Shown in pieces: positions 33,153 through 37,347 of a stretch of 37,347 nt of DNA. The position numbers were made by a program, and so were the translations under genes. Origin of the DNA: a virus (Duplodnaviria; Caudoviricetes); the IMG/VR virus record IMGVR_UViG_3300037834_000040, positions 1 through 37,347 of that record; one strand, 5' to 3'. The notes under the pieces were generated by a model. The model ran no database searches. It had not been told where the DNA came from and was given only the letters and a program-made list of their open reading frames with translations. Each line of letters begins with the position of its first letter. Position 1 is the stretch's first letter.

Positions 33153-34970
33153 ATGACGAACACGCCGCTCCTTGCCAATGACCGCCTCGTGCTCCTGTCG
33201 CCGCCCGCCGGCACGACATCGCTCGACTTCGATTTCCAGATCCTCGACGAAGCCGATATGCTCGTCGAGCGCGTGCGCGACGGCATCCGCACCGCCCTGA
33301 CGCCGGGGATCGACTTCACCTTCCCGGCCGGAACCGGCACGATCGACGGCGGATCGCTGCAGCTCGCCGTCGCCTCTCTCGCCGACGACGCCTATGTGCT
33401 CGCCGGCGCCGAGGCGATCGAGCGGGTTTCGGATTTCCTGCAGGCGCAGCGCTTTTCGACCGACAAGATCAATGCCGACCTCGACAAGCTGACACGCGTT
33501 TCCCAGGAAGCGCGCCGCGATATCGGCCGGGCATGGAAGGCGGCCTTCGGCCAGCAAGGCGGACGGATCGACGCCCTGCCGGAGGGTCATTTCCACCTGG
33601 CCGACGGCGACGGCAACCTCGTCGATGGCGGCTCGGGAGTGGATATCGCATCGGCGCAGGAGAATGCGGCGATCGCAACCGAACAGGCCGGCGTGGCGAC
33701 CGCGGCTGCGGACACGGCCCTTGGCGCGATGACAACCGTCATCGATCCCCAGTTCACCACATTCGCCGCCGCCCAGTTGTACAGCCCGGCGGTCGCTCCG
33801 GATTTCATCCGCACGAGCGGCTACGCCGAACCGGCAGACGGTGGCGGCGCCGTATACCGGAAGGTAGCGGTCGAGCCTGCTCATGCGGCCAAATTCCCGA
33901 TCACGCTTGACGATGGCGTGACACAGATCTGGTACGAGCTGGGCAATCGCGGCCGGATCGATATCGCCGCCATGGGCGCGAGCGCGGCTTTGACCAAGGC
34001 CGCAAACAGGCAGATCCTGATCGACGGTCTCCAGGCGCTCGACGTCACGACCGTCCGCGTTGGCGAACTCATCATTCCTCCCGGCGCGGATCACGGTCGC
34101 GTCATCACCGATCCCTCGACCTTTCCCCACCGCCTGGCGGAAGACCTCGACCTTCCGCACGACGTCATCATCTATGACTGGAGCCCCGGCGCGACCTATG
34201 AGGGCACGAGCGGCCGCGACGGCGCCCAGGTCTTCGTTTCGCTCTACACCCGGCAGACGGTCCCGTTCGGCCAGCATGACGGCAACGGGGTGCGTCAGTC
34301 GGCCGACTGGCATCCCTACTACATGATGGACAACAGCCGTGCCTATGCGGCACCTGGAGACCCCAGCCGTTCGGCCGGCGACAATCACCGTGCCAGCTAT
34401 TTCACCGCGCTCCAGGGCGAGGCGATCTGGCAGATTTTCCAGGGTCTCGGCGAGGGTGCCGATCTGACCAATGAAGAACTGCTTAGCTTCGGCATCTTGA
34501 GCTATCCGAGCTCCTTTGGCGGCGGCAACTGGTATCCGCTGGTCTGCTCCTACAAGAACGGCAATCAGGGCTTCGGCATCGGCACGTCGCAGCCGACCGC
34601 CTCCTTCTATTTCCTGCAGCCGAGCGCCGGGTTCGACGAGATGATCGTCGAAGGTCGCGAAAGCGAAACTTCGATCACGCTGCGCAACAATACGGGCGGC
34701 CTCGTCAACCCGGCCGACGATGTCAAGCTGCGCAACATCAGCGGTGATTTCGGCCTGTTCATCGAGGGCCAGGGCAACGCCATCACCGTCAACAAGCTCA
34801 ACCGGGTCGTCGGTTTCGCCACCTATGTCGTGATCCCGTCTCGCGCAACCACGGAGCGCGCGGACCCGGCCGGGCTCGGCGTCGGCGCGATGATGTTCGA
34901 TACGACGCTTGGCAAGCCGATCTGGTCGAACGGCACCAACTGGGTCGATGCTGCAGGAGCCCTCGTATGA
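33153..34970 (+). CDS. Tail fibre / tailspike (receptor-binding protein)
   Basis: T7 gp17-like N-terminus (FDFQILDEADMLV...NADLDKL); SGYAEPADGGGAVY; C-terminal FDTTLGKPIW..GTNWVDAAG. Confidence 0.85.
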   Translation: MTNTPLLANDRLVLLSPPAGTTSLDFDFQILDEADMLVERVRDGIRTALTPGIDFTFPAGTGTIDGGSLQLAVASLADDAYVLAGAEAIERVSDFLQAQRFSTDKINADLDKLTRVSQEARRDIGRAWKAAFGQQGGRIDALPEGHFHLADGDGNLVDGGSGVDIASAQENAAIATEQAGVATAAADTALGAMTTVIDPQFTTFAAAQLYSPAVAPDFIRTSGYAEPADGGGAVYRKVAVEPAHAAKFPITLDDGVTQIWYELGNRGRIDIAAMGASAALTKAANRQILIDGLQALDVTTVRVGELIIPPGADHGRVITDPSTFPHRLAEDLDLPHDVIIYDWSPGATYEGTSGRDGAQVFVSLYTRQTVPFGQHDGNGVRQSADWHPYYMMDNSRAYAAPGDPSRSAGDNHRASYFTALQGEAIWQIFQGLGEGADLTNEELLSFGILSYPSSFGGGNWYPLVCSYKNGNQGFGIGTSQPTASFYFLQPSAGFDEMIVEGRESETSITLRNNTGGLVNPADDVKLRNISGDFGLFIEGQGNAITVNKLNRVVGFATYVVIPSRATTERADPAGLGVGAMMFDTTLGKPIWSNGTNWVDAAGALV

Positions 34971-35731
34971 CCGACCGTTTCGCGATCTGTATGCCGATCA
35001 CCGCCAAGTGGGAGGGCGCCTATGTCAACCACGCCCAGGACCCGGGCGGGCCGACCAATCTGGGGGTCACCCAGGCCGTCTATGACGCCTGGCGCAAGCG
35101 CCGCGGCCTGGCGCCGCGATCGGTGAAGAAGATCACCCATGGCGAGGCGCTGCGGATCTATCGCGACGAGTACTGGGCGCCGACGGCCGAGCGCTACAAT
35201 CTGCGCCCCGGCGTCGACCTCGCCACCTTCGACGCCGGCGTCAATGCCGGCGTGTCGCGCGGCGTCAAGTGGCTGCTCGCCTCGGTCGGCGGCCCCGACC
35301 ATGTCACCGTGCAGAAGATCTGCAAGGCGCGCCTGTCGTTCAAGCAGGGGCTGTCGATCTGGAAGACCTTCGGCAAGGGCTGGACCAACCGTGTCGTCGA
35401 CATCGAGGCGCGCGGCGTCGCCATGGCGCTGGGCGCGGTGAACGACAATTCGGCCGCGGTGCAGGAAAAGCTCGAGGACGAGGGCAAGAAGGCCGGCAAG
35501 ACCGCCAACAAGCAGACCGGCACCGCCGGCGGCGCGGGCGCCGCGTCGGGCGGCGGCGCGACGCTCGATCCGGCTTCCGTCCCCGTTGGGGCCGACCAGG
35601 TCGCCGGCTGGCTGCTCACCGGTGCGATCGGCGTCGGCGTTCTCCTCGCCGCCTTCCTGGTCTGGCGCGCCGTCATCAACAAGAAGCGCGCCGCCGCCTA
35701 TGCGGCCGTGGCAGCCGAGGTGCAGCCATGA
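34967..35731 (+). CDS. Endolysin, GH108 muramidase with PG-binding domain and C-terminal TM helix
   Basis: WEGAYVNHAQDPGGPTNLGVT, FDAGVNAG, FGKGWTNRV; C-terminal hydrophobic segment. Confidence 0.9.
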   Translation: MTDRFAICMPITAKWEGAYVNHAQDPGGPTNLGVTQAVYDAWRKRRGLAPRSVKKITHGEALRIYRDEYWAPTAERYNLRPGVDLATFDAGVNAGVSRGVKWLLASVGGPDHVTVQKICKARLSFKQGLSIWKTFGKGWTNRVVDIEARGVAMALGAVNDNSAAVQEKLEDEGKKAGKTANKQTGTAGGAGAASGGGATLDPASVPVGADQVAGWLLTGAIGVGVLLAAFLVWRAVINKKRAAAYAAVAAEVQP

Positions 35732-36237
35732 GCGCGCTTGCCTCGATCCTGATCGGCTCGGCCGTGCGCGTCGGCGCGCCCGTCGTCAAGCGGCTGATCG
35801 AAGACAATCTGGGCAAGACGGCCGGCAGCGTCGCCGAGACCGTGATCGACGCCATCGCCGGCGAGGCCGGCGTCACGGTCGACCAGTTGCCTTCCCTGCC
35901 GGCCGAAGCGCTCGACCGCGCCGTCGCCACCGTCGAGGCCGAGACGCCCGAGCTGGTCGCCGCCTATGTCGCCCAGCAGCGCGAGGCCAACCGGCTGATG
36001 CTGGCCGAGATGGACAAGGGCGGCGCCTGGACGTGGGCCTGGCGGCCGGCAACGATGTGGATGATCGGCGCGTTGTGGCTGTGGTCGCTCGTGCTCGTGC
36101 CGCTCGTCAACGCGCTGTCCGGGGCGACGGTGCCGCTGTTCCTGGGCGAGCTGACCTTCCTGACCGGGATCTATCTCGGCCTCTACATGGGCGGTCACAC
36201 CGCCAAGGAAATCGCAGGCAAGTTGAAGAGCAGGTAG
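35728..36237 (+). CDS. Holin (3TM/GTA-release holin-like)
   Basis: WRP motif plus C-terminal TM segments, YMGGHTAK; follows endolysin. Confidence 0.75.
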   Translation: MSALASILIGSAVRVGAPVVKRLIEDNLGKTAGSVAETVIDAIAGEAGVTVDQLPSLPAEALDRAVATVEAETPELVAAYVAQQREANRLMLAEMDKGGAWTWAWRPATMWMIGALWLWSLVLVPLVNALSGATVPLFLGELTFLTGIYLGLYMGGHTAKEIAGKLKSR

Positions 36238-36238
36238 G

Positions 36239-36538
36239 ATGGGTGACGAGACGAAGTGGTTGATGGGCGTCGGCGTCACGCTATCTATTTTTGCATTCGG
36301 GGCAATCTCGACGGGCCTTTATCGCGTCTGGGCGGCGATCACGGCAGTGGGAGAGCGCATGAAAGCCGGTGACGACAAGCTGCATGAGCGCATCAACGAT
36401 GTCCGCAAGGAATATGTCCGCCGCGACGATCTCGACGGGCACCTGCAGCGCATCGACCGCAAGCTCGAGGACATCTCGGCCGACCAGAAAGAGATGAACC
36501 GCGCCGTGCTGGCCGCCATCCGGGGCGGGCAACAGTAG
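36239..36538 (+). CDS. Membrane-anchored coiled-coil lysis-region protein
   Basis: N-terminal TM then YVRRDD coiled coil. Confidence 0.7.
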   Translation: MGDETKWLMGVGVTLSIFAFGAISTGLYRVWAAITAVGERMKAGDDKLHERINDVRKEYVRRDDLDGHLQRIDRKLEDISADQKEMNRAVLAAIRGGQQ

Positions 36539-36631
36539 CCGAATAGAAAAATTGAGATTTACCGCTGATTTGAGGTGGTTTTCTCACGGTACAGACTCTA
36601 CGTTCCTTGCGCGGCTTCAAGTCATCGCCGT

Positions 36632-36676
36632 CTCTTAATCAGCGGGTCGTAGGTTCGATCCCTACATCACCCACCA
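36632..36676 (+). tRNA. 3' half of tRNA-Lys(CTT), anticodon loop to CCA; attR core, not a complete tRNA
   Basis: CTCTTAATCAGCGGGTCGTAGGTTCGATCCCTACATCACCCACCA; no D-arm or 5' acceptor strand upstream. Confidence 0.92.
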
Positions 36677-36933
36677 TTCCAATTCATTATGCTTGGCTTG
36701 CAATGATCTAAGCGGGACGCCCCACTGGGTCGTTGCTCATGAATGATCCCGCTTTCGACTGCTCGCATTTTGCTGACCTATTCAACGGTGGTGGGATTTC
36801 GGTCGTCAAGCCGGCCACCTTACGATCCGGGAAGTCGGCGCCTTTCAGTGAAAAGCGCTTTGCCACCATCTGGGCTTCCGCATCGGTTTCCCTTCGGTGA
36901 TGAGCCGATTATGCAAAAAGTTTGGATTGGTCG

Positions 36934-36963
36934 TTGACAGTTTTGGGAGGTGGGGACTATATA
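36934..36963 (+). promoter_or_regulatory. Host rRNA operon sigma70 promoter
   Basis: TTGACA (36934-36939) and CTATAT/TATATA (36957-36963) with A/T-rich upstream tract. Confidence 0.75.
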
Positions 36964-36969
36964 CGGCTC

Positions 36970-37347
36970 AACAACGAGGGCGACGGCGCCGCCGGCGACG
37001 GAGAAGTTCGCTTCTGCATTTGCCCTTTGAGTTGACATCAAGAGAGCCGCTTGATAGCGACACTCGCCGGGCCTGAGCGCTTTGAGCAGGATGGCTTCGA
37101 CACTGCGTTTTTGCGGTGTCTGTTCTTTGACAATTGCATATTGAGAAGAAAGAGAAACGTGGGCGGCGAAGTGCTCGCGGGACTTTAGGCCTTGATTGGC
37201 CGATGGTTCCGAACGAGACTTTGGCGGACACGTTTCGAGAGAATAAGTCTACCAGGATGCTGGTTGTCTTCGGATGATCGGTGTCCAGGTGTGAATGTTC
37301 TCGTCGATTCAAGCGTGACCAAATTAAAAGCCAAACCATCAAATTTT
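36970..37347 (+). other. 16S rRNA 5' leader with boxA; the 16S gene should begin just beyond the window
   Basis: boxA-like TGTTCTTTGACA at 37121-37132; GAAGAAAGAGAAACGTGGGCGGC recognisable as a rhizobial rrn leader. Confidence 0.8.

Larger units (their letters stand above)
1..36676. mobile_element. Temperate podovirus-type prophage (T7/BPP-1-like virion module) integrated at tRNA-Lys(CTT); attL lies left of the window
   Basis: Integrase at left end; immunity switch, replication, packaging, virion and lysis modules in order; tRNA 3' half at 36632-36676 followed by host rrn promoter. Confidence 0.95.

Noticed and set aside
33153-36631. Diversity-generating retroelement as in BPP-1
   Set aside because: No reverse transcriptase ORF and no template/variable repeat pair seen near the tail fibre
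36632-36676. Complete functional tRNA gene
   Set aside because: 5' acceptor strand and D-arm are absent; it is the att duplication
36743-37342. Short ORFs right of attR
   Set aside because: They overlap the rrn promoter and leader and lack coding features

Overview
Nearly the whole window (1 to ~36,676) is one apparently intact temperate prophage of a high-GC alphaproteobacterium, probably Rhizobiales judging by the rRNA leader. The left arm (minus strand) holds a tyrosine integrase, a chain of small translationally coupled genes and an AlpA/Xis-like gene. A divergent repressor/Cro switch lies at ~4.1-5.1 kb. The early right arm encodes an RHH/GcrA-like regulator, a DnaA-domain-IV/GafY-like regulator, a Toprim primase, a P-loop helicase and an iteron-rich origin. 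A podovirus (T7/BPP-1-like) morphogenesis module follows: TerS, TerL, portal, scaffold, capsid, tail tubular A/B, ejection proteins (one with a lytic transglycosylase domain), tail fibre, and a GH108 endolysin/holin cassette. No DNA or RNA polymerase is visible. The right boundary is the 3' half of tRNA-Lys(CTT) (attR), followed by a host rRNA-operon promoter and leader. The most notable signal is an exact 10-mer, TAAACGTGAC, seen five times on the + strand, always exactly 16 bp upstream of a YAnnCT -10 box, ahead of the terminase, portal, capsid and tail-fibre modules and of a ~70-nt terminated non-coding unit. With the GafY-like gene, this suggests a GTA-activator-like late regulon that includes a small RNA. 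All protein family calls rest on motif recognition by eye; no searches were run.
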